Source: Candidatus Scalinduaceae bacterium (lineage in GTDB: Bacteria; Planctomycetota; Brocadiia; Brocadiales; Scalinduaceae). From it: 34,336 nucleotides of DNA. The notes under the pieces were generated by a model. It ran no database searches, was not told the DNA's origin, and saw only the letters and a program-made list of their open reading frames with translations. The DNA lies in the NCBI GenBank assembly GCA_046759445.1, contig JBHICG010000034.1, forward strand, positions 1 to 34,336, written 5' to 3'. The stretch's first letter is position 1, and the number at the start of each line of letters is the position of its first letter. The position numbers and the translations under genes were made by a program. Positions 10,601 through 18,031 of this stretch are shown in pieces.

Positions 10601-10972
10601 ATCAGCAATAAGAAAGCGGATTCGTGGTAATTTCAGAACATAACCATAAACGGCTTCAATCTGATGTGGGAGCGGGTCTACTTTAGATGTGTTCATTGCT
10701 AGTAGTGGATCGTAAAGGGAAGCAAAGCGATAACGAATCGTCTCAAGTGCGAGAAACACTTTCCAAGGTTCTTCGGTACAGATTTTATCAGACCCTTTTA
10801 TTGAAAAGCTGGCAAAATCTTTCTGTGGAATTAGTTGGTCAACATGATTGCGAGAAATTGTCGTAACACCGACAATATGGATATAATCACCAGCATCTTC
10901 GATTAGTTTAATTTCAACAGATTCTGGCCAGTAAGGACCATTAATTATACTGCCTGATTTGATATTGTTCAT
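7625..10972 (-). CDS. SNF2-family helicase with C-terminal DUF3883 (PD-(D/E)xK) nuclease domain
   Basis: LPHQ, LIADDPGAGKT, IVDEAH, LTATPH, TEAAGEGINLQ, QRMGRIHRYGQ; C-terminal DVSSENLGFDIRS...YIEVKAR...LTQNEW. Confidence 0.92.
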   Translation of the reverse strand: MNNIKSGSIINGPYWPESVEIKLIEDAGDYIHIVGVTTISRNHVDQLIPQKDFASFSIKGSDKICTEEPWKVFLALETIRYRFASLYDPLLAMNTSKVDPLPHQIEAVYGYVLKLPRIRFLIADDPGAGKTIMAGLIIKELKLRNLAKRILIVAPGHLKDQWRRELKDRFEEKFLPIGRGLLDALYGENIWLRENQVITSIDFAKRDDVLPSISSAEFDLIIVDEAHKMSAYQYGDKVNKTIRYKLGEILSSKTEHILFLTATPHKGDPNNFRLFLDLLDPGFFATNELFQDSIENKDNPLFIRRIKEDMKDFDGKPLFLPRYVKTIGFRWRSNSPNEQKLYNELSKYVENQYNKALTKDKRRNVAFALVILQRRLASSTYALWKSLERRKKRLEELLKGVQEKGRIPDNVFDFDTVEDMSEEERWKEEEIWETLSVAENREELEREIQTIKGLIEKAKDIIQNEEEIKLNELKKSLEKLTKIFSETKDKKVLVFTESRDTLEYLEKKIKSWGYHTNTIHGGMKLDERVTAEKIFKNDTDILVATEAAGEGINLQFCHLMINYDIPWNPNRLEQRMGRIHRYGQQKEVYVFNLVAVDSREGKVLKRLFEKLDEIRGAMGSDKVFDVLSEVLYNKNLSQLLMEAAANARNIDDILEDIEITVDDDYIAQVKENLGETLATRFIDYTRIKEMAQQAREHRLIPEYTESFFKKAFAKAGGKFRELKDGLLAIDTIPFQIRKIANDDSFKKSFGELLKKYPRSTFDKDVAFKNPDVEFITFGHALFESVMVWVESNFTESLLNGSTFIDPDGKLNGHILFYEGEIKDGTGEVAGKRLFSFYVNKETVNSVSPSIVWDLEEANTGKNSNVNIEELKRETFNTIISKLETYKAELLKERGRQAAIKQKYGVKSLEHLIIRLDGDLISLYTRKEKGENVDLAIRNKEERKSEYERAREVLKDQIKKEQSLTMSMPRFVGIIQVQPTEAVNPAMQSNEEIELIGMKVSIEYEKDNSRIPEDVSSENLGFDIRSTDQNGLVRYIEVKARVQTGAIALTQNEWFKAKRFKDEYYLYAVMNAATEPRLYIVQNPAENLEPEEKVEVVRYVVSLNEITTKGEHTIEV

Positions 10973-11017
10973 TTTTTAAGGATTCAGTCTTATAGCAAAA
11001 TATCAATAATGGAATGA

Positions 11018-11063
11018 TGAAGTAATGGTTTCTCCTTTCACATAATACTGTTACATTACTTCA
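11018..11063. repeat. 10-bp perfect inverted repeat upstream of helicase gene
   Basis: TGAAGTAATG (11018-11027) / CATTACTTCA (11054-11063), within an 8-nt periodic GGAATGAT-GAAGTAAT-GG tract. Confidence 0.55.
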
Positions 11064-11221
11064 AAATTTTATGAAACCCTATCCATCTTTCGATGGGTTA
11101 TATGATTGTATGATATGACAATTCTCGAACAGCTTATTAAAATGTGATGAATGAGGCTTGATGTTCCTTTCCGTCTAATATTATAAAAGAGTGGGTTTGT
11201 TTTGCAATATAAAAGATTATT

Positions 11222-11322
11222 CACCGCTGAGACGCAGAGAACGCAGAGAAAAACTAAAATATATGTGAAAAAAACGGAAGACAAAAGACATTGGACGCGG
11301 ATATACGCAGATTGACGCTGAA
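11222..11322 (+). repeat. Short periodic repeats (9-nt and 10-nt units)
   Basis: ACCGCTGAG-ACGCAGAGA-ACGCAGAGA and ACGCGGATAT-ACGCAGATTG-ACGCTGAA. Confidence 0.6.
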
Positions 11323-11417
11323 GATAAAAGCGAAAAAAAGAAATAAGAAGCCAGAGGCAAGAAACAAGGAGGAGTTATTGATTGAACAAATTTTAAAACT
11401 AAACCAGTCTTGTAGAA

Positions 11418-11520
11418 TTATAACCCAATATTTAATTGCCATTCCCCAAATACATATAGTAGCTCCGGCTAGTATATGTGTATACCGTTCCAATCGCCTA
11501 ATATTCAAAAGAACTTGGAA
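11418..11520 (-). pseudogene. C-terminal remnant of a membrane protein (possibly Ni/Co transporter-like)
   Basis: RRLERYTHILAGATICIWGMAIKY resembles, from recall only, the LERYxHxxAGxxIxxxG C-terminus of a small membrane protein family; no upstream body. Confidence 0.35.
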
Positions 11521-11551
11521 AAGAAGTATCTAGGATAGCCGTAGAATACAG

Positions 11552-12511
11552 TTACCATAAATTTTTGAATTCTTCGCTTGCCTTGACTAATTCTTTTGTC
11601 ATTGAGGGTTCTAGAGGTGAATGGGAGCCAGTAGGAACAATGATGAGTTTTGACCTGGGAAGAGATTTATGCAGATCGTAGGCAGAACGCATAGGGCAGA
11701 TAGTATCATAACGGCCTTGAACAATTGTTAATGGTATGTTTTTTATTTTATTTATATTTTGGAACAAACCCTTTTTAGCTTTCATGAAGAAATTGTTTAA
11801 AGTGTAGTAACATTCAATTTTTGCTAATGCAATTGTGCGCTCTTTAGTTAAAAAAGAGGAAGTTTCCTTCTTGTCTGGAATTAGATTCATTATGGTGCCT
11901 TCCCAATATGCGAAAGCTTTGGTTGCTTCCCATGCAACTTTTTTGATTTTTGAAGTAAGTCGTTTGTAATATGATTTAATTATGTCTTTCTTTTCTGTTT
12001 TACTTAAAATCGATGTGAATTTTTCAAATTCATCTGGCCATATTTGGCCTGCTCCTTTTTCTGAAAAAAGCCAGTCAATTTCGGAAGCACGAGCCGTAAA
12101 AACACCTCTTATTATTATTCCCTTCACACTTTTAGGATAGCTTTGGGCATATGCAAGAGCAAGAGTGCTACCCCAGCTTCCTCCAGTCACTATCCAATTT
12201 TTAATTTTTAGATATTTCCTGAGTTTTTCTAAATCTTCAACAAGATGCCACGTTGTGTTCTCGCGTAATTCAGCAAAAGGTGTGCTTTTACCGGAGCCAC
12301 GTTGATCAAGAAGAATAATGTAGTAAAATTTAGGATCGAAGAATCTACGATAACCGGGGTGGATTCCAACGCCTGGGCCTCCGTGTAAAAAAATTACTGG
12401 CTTGCCTTTAGGCTTGCCTACTTCTTCGTAATATAAAGTGTGAAGTTTTGAGACTTTCAGTAAGCCGGAGCGATATGGCTTTTGTGGTGGGAATAGTTTT
12501 GTTCTCATCAT
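11552..12511 (-). CDS. pip: Proline iminopeptidase (alpha/beta hydrolase, S33)
   Basis: LHGGPG, DQRGSGKSTP, NTTWHLVEDLE, nucleophile GGSWGS, QGRYD, GSHS; AGGAGG RBS. Confidence 0.93.
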   Translation of the reverse strand: MMRTKLFPPQKPYRSGLLKVSKLHTLYYEEVGKPKGKPVIFLHGGPGVGIHPGYRRFFDPKFYYIILLDQRGSGKSTPFAELRENTTWHLVEDLEKLRKYLKIKNWIVTGGSWGSTLALAYAQSYPKSVKGIIIRGVFTARASEIDWLFSEKGAGQIWPDEFEKFTSILSKTEKKDIIKSYYKRLTSKIKKVAWEATKAFAYWEGTIMNLIPDKKETSSFLTKERTIALAKIECYYTLNNFFMKAKKGLFQNINKIKNIPLTIVQGRYDTICPMRSAYDLHKSLPRSKLIIVPTGSHSPLEPSMTKELVKASEEFKNLW

Positions 12512-12687
12512 GCGATTCCTCCTAATGCTATTGATGCCAGGACTGAAAGTGTTAAAGTCGTTGTTAAGGCGGTGATGGTATTTGTGATGCTGCGTTCAAG
12601 ATTTCCAGAGAGATCGTATTTTTCGCGTAGTTTATGTTTAACTGAATCTGCTGTCACAGGTGCTGCTGTTAAAATTAAAACGAATTT
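12508..12687 (-). pseudogene. C-terminal fragment of a membrane protein (AEC transporter-like)
   Basis: Frame KFVLILTAAPVTADSVKHKLREKYDLSGNLERSITNTITALTTTLTLSVLASIALGGIA* ends in an ATGA overlap with pip and is cut upstream by TAG at 12688-12690. Confidence 0.4.
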
Positions 12688-12836
12688 CTATGATGTATCG
12701 ATGTCGTTCGCAAAAATTCATTACATAATATTATTTGGGAAAACATTGTAATGTTTAGCTTCAGCGTATGCCATCATAGTCAGTATATTCTTAAGCACTG
12801 AATTACTGTTTTCTGAGCTAAGTCAAGATAAAATTT

Positions 12837-13493
12837 TTAAATACTTCGATAGATTCCACATTCTTTCCATATATTACATTCCTTTTTTTGATCAGGTCCT
12901 TTAGTAATGTCAAAATGATTTTGATTAATTGGCAATTTATTTAACATAATATATTCATTTATTTTACAATAATCCCAATCTAAAATAGGATGAATTTGGT
13001 ATAAGCCTTTATTAAATTGAACATATCTTATATTTTTTCTTTCTTTTGTTTCATAACTCATGAGCCCCCCTAGCCATGCTTTAACATTTAATTCTTTAAA
13101 TCCTCTATTTAGAGGTTCATGTTTTATAATAGATACAACCTTATTAAAATAATTTGAATCTTGATCCCTCCAACCCGGGTATTTCTCTTCAATCTCCTTT
13201 TTAGAAACTAAGCTTCTATAAATTTTAATATCACATCCTTCATTTTCCAGATATTTTATCATATTATGTGTGCAATCATTGAAGTATCCTATATCTACAA
13301 ATATTATAGGTGGGCAAAAACCTAATGCATCTCTTGTCAGGTCAGGTAAAACTGCTGAAGTTTCACCACCACTGGTTGTTAAAAATAATCTTTCTTTAAA
13401 GGTCTTATATGCCCATAAGATTATTTCTTTGCTTTCTTTATTGATAAATTCTTTATTTACATTTTCCAAATCTATTTTCTTTTCAAGGTTCAT
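12837..13493 (-). CDS. cysH: PAPS reductase family protein (CysH-like, no Fe-S Cys pair)
   Basis: TTSGG PP-loop region, IFVDIGY, IKHEPLNR, HPILDW, C-terminal KECNIW/KECGIY; lacks the CC...CxxC of APS reductases. Confidence 0.75.
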   Translation of the reverse strand: MNLEKKIDLENVNKEFINKESKEIILWAYKTFKERLFLTTSGGETSAVLPDLTRDALGFCPPIIFVDIGYFNDCTHNMIKYLENEGCDIKIYRSLVSKKEIEEKYPGWRDQDSNYFNKVVSIIKHEPLNRGFKELNVKAWLGGLMSYETKERKNIRYVQFNKGLYQIHPILDWDYCKINEYIMLNKLPINQNHFDITKGPDQKKECNIWKECGIYRSI

Positions 13494-13561
13494 AATTGGC
13501 AGAAAAACAATTTATTTAAAAAAAATAACGATAGAAATAATCTTGAAATAATAGCGTCTAT

Positions 13562-13668
13562 GGTCTTGCTTAATTACATAAGCAAGACCTTACTTGATTG
13601 TGTAATCAATCAAGCCTTAGTTGCTTGCGTAGAGTCAAGCAAGATTGAACTTCCAATGGTAATTCAAT
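13562..13668. repeat. Array of three related palindromic units (27-28 bp period) plus a fourth weaker hairpin
   Basis: GGTCTTGCTTA-ATTACA-TAAGCAAGACC; CTTGATTG-TGTAAT-CAATCAAG; TTGCTTG-CGTAGAGT-CAAGCAA; CCTTA between the unit cores; then ATTGAA...TTCAAT. Confidence 0.85.
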
Positions 13669-13672
13669 TCGT

Positions 13673-13702
13673 AGTATATCATAATTTTTAACAGGATTGC
13701 AA
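13673..13702 (-). promoter_or_regulatory. Putative sigma70 promoter reading into the palindrome array and cysH
   Basis: TTGCAA-18 bp-TATACT with extended -10 TGn. Confidence 0.55.
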
Positions 13703-14019
13703 GGCAACGTTCCACCAGTTACCCGAGTTGTCCCTCTGAGAATCTATTCCAAGCTTTATAAGGTATATCAGGTTATAAGTTTTAGGGAGTACTTTGTCAG
13801 TTTTTTCTGCAATAATAGACTGTGCAGATACTCTTTCAAAATATAATATAGACGATACTATTTTTCAAACAGATTTTAATAAACATAACAAAAACGAATG
13901 CTAAGGATACTGACTTTTGATAAAGGAAATTTTCAAATGGCATTTTATTGGAAAATGCTTAAATATTATGTTTAAATTCACCTTACCTTTGATACATTAA
14001 AAAGCTTAGAGGAATTACC

Positions 14020-14094
14020 AAAGGAGATAAGGTGAGTGTGTCTGTCCTTCGTGCAGGTAAGGTATTTGACCTATCTGTTTGTTTTCCAGATTAA
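14020..14094 (+). pseudogene. Possible PDZ-domain C-terminal remnant
   Basis: KGDKVSVSVLRAGKVFDLSV resembles the GDxVxxxVxRxGK end of PDZ domains; upstream frame broken. Confidence 0.3.
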
Positions 14095-14433
14095 GTTTTA
14101 TAAAGGAATTGAAAATAGTTTTCTTTTTAATGAATAATGGATACAATGTTCAAACTTTCAAAAATATGATATGTATCCTTATTTTATCGAAATAATTAAT
14201 TATTAAGAATTTATAAATCAATTAAGTAGGAAAATATGGAAAGGTTAAGTGTTGCGTGATTTTATACATATACTTTACTTTTAATCAAGATGAAAAGTGT
14301 TTCTGTTGCCCAGCTACGTTAAATGTTTTAGACATTCTTAAGAATCTCTAGCAAAATACATGACAGCTTGTTTGTTTTACTGAAATAGAGAGGAATGGTT
14401 AACAAGGATTAAGAGTTGGAAGTTTTGAACACT

Positions 14434-15090
14434 TTATTTGGCAATCTTTTCTCGCAAATAATTAAACCTGTTTTCAATGTAATATTTCCGGATATCACTT
14501 TCCAGAATAGAACCCAGCTTTACTTTAAAATCCTTTTCCTTAAATCTATCCAGTCTTTCTTTTAATTTGGAAAGCTGCTCTGCTTTCAGCTTTGGAAGAT
14601 TAATCCCTTTTCTTAACAAAAACTCTATATCAAAACAGTCTCTTACTTCGCTCCTGTCCAGCAGCGCCCCAATTTTATTTTTCATGGTCTGTTCCAATGT
14701 GTGTGTTCTTAAAATTACTTGTTTGTTGCTGTTTTTTGAATAAGCTATTCTTTCCTGGAAATCACACTCTTTCAACTCTTTTCTTATCTCTATTTTCAGC
14801 CGTTTCGGAGAAATTCCAGAGCGAATCTCAAATAAAAGTGTATAGTGTTTTAAACAGGCATCAGTGACTTTATATTCCTTTTCTAAAACCTTGCTAAATC
14901 TTTTGAAATAGTTTTTAACCGGGATTTTCTTTATGAACCAGAAGTCAAGATCAACTGAATATCTTTTTAATTCATAACATAACCTCAGCATTGTTCCCCC
15001 GCCAAAAACCAGAGGTTCAAGTAGCTTGTTGTTCTTTAACTTCTCCAATGCCTCTATTTCTAATATTTCATGTTTTTCAAAAACACCCAT
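14434..15090 (-). CDS. abiEii: AbiEii family nucleotidyltransferase toxin (type IV TA)
   Basis: FGGGTMLRL...RYSVDLDF, KIGALLDR.EVRDCFDI; overlaps antitoxin stop. Confidence 0.9.
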   Translation of the reverse strand: MGVFEKHEILEIEALEKLKNNKLLEPLVFGGGTMLRLCYELKRYSVDLDFWFIKKIPVKNYFKRFSKVLEKEYKVTDACLKHYTLLFEIRSGISPKRLKIEIRKELKECDFQERIAYSKNSNKQVILRTHTLEQTMKNKIGALLDRSEVRDCFDIEFLLRKGINLPKLKAEQLSKLKERLDRFKEKDFKVKLGSILESDIRKYYIENRFNYLREKIAK

Positions 15091-15661
15091 TTTTATCCAA
15101 TAACTTTTGAGTTTTTAAAGGGAATCTTTTTACCAACTTCTTGATCTTATCTCTATTAAGCTTACTGAAATCTATAGAAGCGATGTCGAAATTGTACCGA
15201 CCCATCGACATAAGGTAAAGAGTATCAAGAAAAGCCTTTTCAGGAGTGGCAATAAAGAAGTCTTTTTCTTTTTTAAATCCAATATATAAATTTGGACTTA
15301 TCTTTGTATAGTTAAAGATAGTATTTTCTATTTCTATCTCTTTTGTCCTTTTCACAGCAATTGATTCAATATAATCCCTCTGCATTTGAGTTGTAATTTC
15401 ATAAAAATCTAATGCTGTCATTAAAGATATGTATGAGGGAACCTGGACAAGATTCGCCAAAGTGAATTTTTCCTCTCTTTCGAGTATTTTCCACTTTTCT
15501 TTCAGAACATAAATATTTCTTTTAATTCTGACTAGCAACCCCTTTCTAATATACCTATTGGCAGAAACTTTAGAAGATTGTAACGATATGTCGAGAACCC
15601 TGGAAATTTCTTCATGTCCAAAATAGAATTTGTTTATATTGTTTAATTCCAGAATTTTCAT
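15077..15661 (-). CDS. abiEi: AbiEi family antitoxin / transcriptional regulator
   Basis: N-terminal wHTH-like (GLLVRIKRNIY), PSYISLMTAL, IATPEKAFLD; directly upstream of AbiEii. Confidence 0.85.
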   Translation of the reverse strand: MKILELNNINKFYFGHEEISRVLDISLQSSKVSANRYIRKGLLVRIKRNIYVLKEKWKILEREEKFTLANLVQVPSYISLMTALDFYEITTQMQRDYIESIAVKRTKEIEIENTIFNYTKISPNLYIGFKKEKDFFIATPEKAFLDTLYLMSMGRYNFDIASIDFSKLNRDKIKKLVKRFPLKTQKLLDKNGCF

Positions 15662-15674
15662 CAGATATACTTAG

Positions 15675-15724
15675 TTAACATTTATGTTAATTTAATATAC
15701 CTTGACAAATTTGCCTTGTCAAGG
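15675..15724 (-). promoter_or_regulatory. abiE promoter with two overlapping inverted repeats (putative operators)
   Basis: TTGACA (15722-15717)-17 bp-TATATT (15699-15694); IRs CCTTGACAA-N7-TTGTCAAGG and TTAACAT-N2-ATGTTAA. Confidence 0.8.
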
Positions 15725-15941
15725 GAATAAACGTTCTTTTTACATAAAGTAAATATATTAACCGAAAACCAAGGGTCAACAGTTTTTCCAGCAGCTTAGA
15801 CAATGAATTGAAAAAATACTAAAAACCTATCTTTATGATCCGGGAAAATCTTAAATGCAATAGAAAGAGGTAAGCGGTGGTTAGGGGTCAATGTGACGTA
15901 GGTAAGACTTCTTCAAGAAAGGTGTCATTCGTATCTTTTAT

Positions 15942-16439
15942 CTACTCGTAATGTGCAGGGACCCATGTCTCTTCTTCGTATTCTTCCCAATAGCCTGAAG
16001 GTAAAACCCTCTCTTCATAATGACCTTCGATTCTTCGGTTACCTTCAACACGCTCTTCAACCCAGACCTTCTCTTTTTTGGAAGTATCGACCCATTTTCT
16101 TTGCTTAACATACTCATAGTGAGCCTCTACGTAATTCCTCCCTTCCCCAGATCCAGCTTTTCTTTCAAGTTCAAGTTGTCTTTCCAAATCGGCTTTTTCA
16201 GCCTCTTCTCTTTTTTTATCCAAATTGTCTCCAACAAGGGCACCACCCAGAGCGCCCGCTCCTGCACCTATCGCCGCACCCATAGCAGGATCTCCTACTA
16301 ATGCACCTATACCTGCGCCAAGCGCTGCACCAATCCCAGTTCCAATCCCGGCACCTTTTTGTGTGGTTGTCACACAACCAGCGGTAAGAATCGATAATAT
16401 CGCGATCGACATAACTGCAATATTTATTTTATTTCTCAT
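15942..16439 (-). CDS. Glycine-zipper lipoprotein with C-terminal WxxGxW-like repeats
   Basis: Lipobox LTAGC; GAGIGTGIGAALGAGIG..GAAIGAGAGALGGALVG; YVEAHYE, IEGHYE, PSGYWE, WVPAHYE; GAGG RBS. Confidence 0.8.
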   Translation of the reverse strand: MRNKINIAVMSIAILSILTAGCVTTTQKGAGIGTGIGAALGAGIGALVGDPAMGAAIGAGAGALGGALVGDNLDKKREEAEKADLERQLELERKAGSGEGRNYVEAHYEYVKQRKWVDTSKKEKVWVEERVEGNRRIEGHYEERVLPSGYWEEYEEETWVPAHYE

Positions 16440-16757
16440 TTATTTTCCTCTAAATTAACGTTCGTAGCATATTTGTCTCTAATAAAATAGCTCCTACTTA
16501 TTTCGCCTCTATGACTGTGTTAATCATGAATATTCCCACTTTATAACTATCATTTTTTTGGGGTGCTATTTTGAGAATTTTCTCTTTCAAATCAATTTAA
16601 TACTCTGACGCATCAAGATTCTTTATATTTATATATTTAAGAAGTATTTGGAAGGATATTTTTCTGAATGAGGGTTTTTAAAACACTAATAAAGCTTTGC
16701 AATTCTTAGGTTTCAAAAATTTTCTTTTTTACAACCCTTCACAAAATGATTAATTTT

Positions 16758-17564
16758 CTAAATATGTACCTGGCAGAATTCTTCATAATCGATTAGTTCT
16801 TTTATCGTTGGGTTTACGCCACAAACGGGACAATCAGGATTACGCCTTATCTTCAAGGTTTTAAATTCCATTTTCAATGAATCATAGAGAAGAAGTCTAC
16901 CTATAAGAAGATCTCCCTTACCCAGAAGCAGCTTAATCGCCTCTGTCGCCTGAATGCTGCCAATTACTCCGGGAAGGACTCCCAGCACCCCTGCTTCTCG
17001 GCAGGAAGGCACCAGATCAGGTGGTGGTGGAGTCTCAAATATACAACGGTAACAAGGCCCCTTGCCTGGAATAATTGTTGTAGCCTGACCTTCAAACCTA
17101 AAGATAGAACCATGTGATAATGGTTTACTGGTAAGGACACAGGCATCGTTAACCAGATATCTTGTGGGAAAATTATCTGAACCGTCAAGGATTACGTCGT
17201 AATCCTTGATAATGTCTATAATGTTATCTGATGTAAGACGTTCGGTATAAGGTACTACTTCAACGTCTGGATTTAACTCTTCCAGTCTCTTTTTGGCAGA
17301 CATGGCTTTAGAACAGTCTAAATCCTTAGTCGAGTGGAGTATTTGACGTTGCAAATTTGAATGGTCCACATTATCGTTATCAGCAATTCCTATTTTACCA
17401 ACCCCCACAGCCGCCAGATACAATGCAGCCGGGGACCCAAGGCCTCCAGCACCAACCAGGAAAACCTTAGAACTTAATAACTTTTGCTGTCCTTTGCCAC
17501 CAACTTCTGATAATATTATGTGTCTTGAGTATCGTTTAATCTGTTCATCCGTGAATTCAGACAT
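16758..17564 (-). CDS. moeB: MoeB/ThiF family sulfur-carrier adenylyltransferase
   Basis: RYSRHIIL, GAGGLG, SNLQRQ, DNFPTRY, CYRC, CPVC; moeB versus thiF not resolved from sequence. Confidence 0.88.
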   Translation of the reverse strand: MSEFTDEQIKRYSRHIILSEVGGKGQQKLLSSKVFLVGAGGLGSPAALYLAAVGVGKIGIADNDNVDHSNLQRQILHSTKDLDCSKAMSAKKRLEELNPDVEVVPYTERLTSDNIIDIIKDYDVILDGSDNFPTRYLVNDACVLTSKPLSHGSIFRFEGQATTIIPGKGPCYRCIFETPPPPDLVPSCREAGVLGVLPGVIGSIQATEAIKLLLGKGDLLIGRLLLYDSLKMEFKTLKIRRNPDCPVCGVNPTIKELIDYEEFCQVHI

Positions 17565-17700
17565 ATTATGTATCCTTCTACTTTGTAATTTAGCAATTAT
17601 TTAATTATGTAATTGAGTAATATACTCTTAAAATTGCAGTCTTTTCGTCCATTTTTTCAAATTCACCAATTACCATTTACATCATTACTTAATGCGCTAA

Positions 17701-17997
17701 TTCATAATTACGGTAACGTGTTTTAACTGTCTTAATATTAAAACTCTTCACGAAGTTTATCCTGAGCAACAACATGAGATCCTTCGTTGCCTTCGGCAAC
17801 TCAGGATGACACAAAACGAATCAGATGACATAGAGCGAAGGTTCAGAGTGACAGGCACTGTCATTCTGAAGGAGCGCGTCAGCGACTGAAGAATCTAGCT
17901 TAGGACAACCTCAGCAAAAGGGTTCTTTGTCGTCTCAGGATAAACTTCGTGAAGAAGAATCTCTTGCTCGAAAGACAATCGCAAACGTATTTATGAA
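17701..17997. mobile_element. MITE-like composite palindromic element
   Basis: Outer IR TTCATAATTACG / CGTATTTATGAA (11/12); perfect 22-bp inner IR 17745-17766 / 17934-17955; internal GTCATTCTGAAGGAG..GAAGAATCT and AGATCCTTCG..CTCAGGATGAC units. Confidence 0.6.
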
Positions 17998-18031
17998 ATG
18001 TAGTACTCAGTTACCGAACCACCCTCCATAT

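Noticed and set aside
11069..11533. Three small ORFs (71, 84, 80 aa)
   Set aside because: Largely translations of periodic repeats (LCVLCVSAV, LRISAS); only a short remnant looks protein-derived
12837..13493. PAPS reductase as a DndC/SspD/BrxP-type DNA modification component of the defence module
   Set aside because: Short CysH-like protein with a C-terminal EC motif, separated from the module by pip and remnants; no dnd, ssp or pglZ genes seen
13562..13643. Palindrome array as CRISPR or FNR boxes
   Set aside because: Variable parts are only 6-8 nt and lie inside the palindromes; no cas genes; TTGAT/ATCAA spacing is not N4
14289..14321. MKSVSVAQLR* resembling a Phd antitoxin start
   Set aside because: Only 10 codons; cannot be supported
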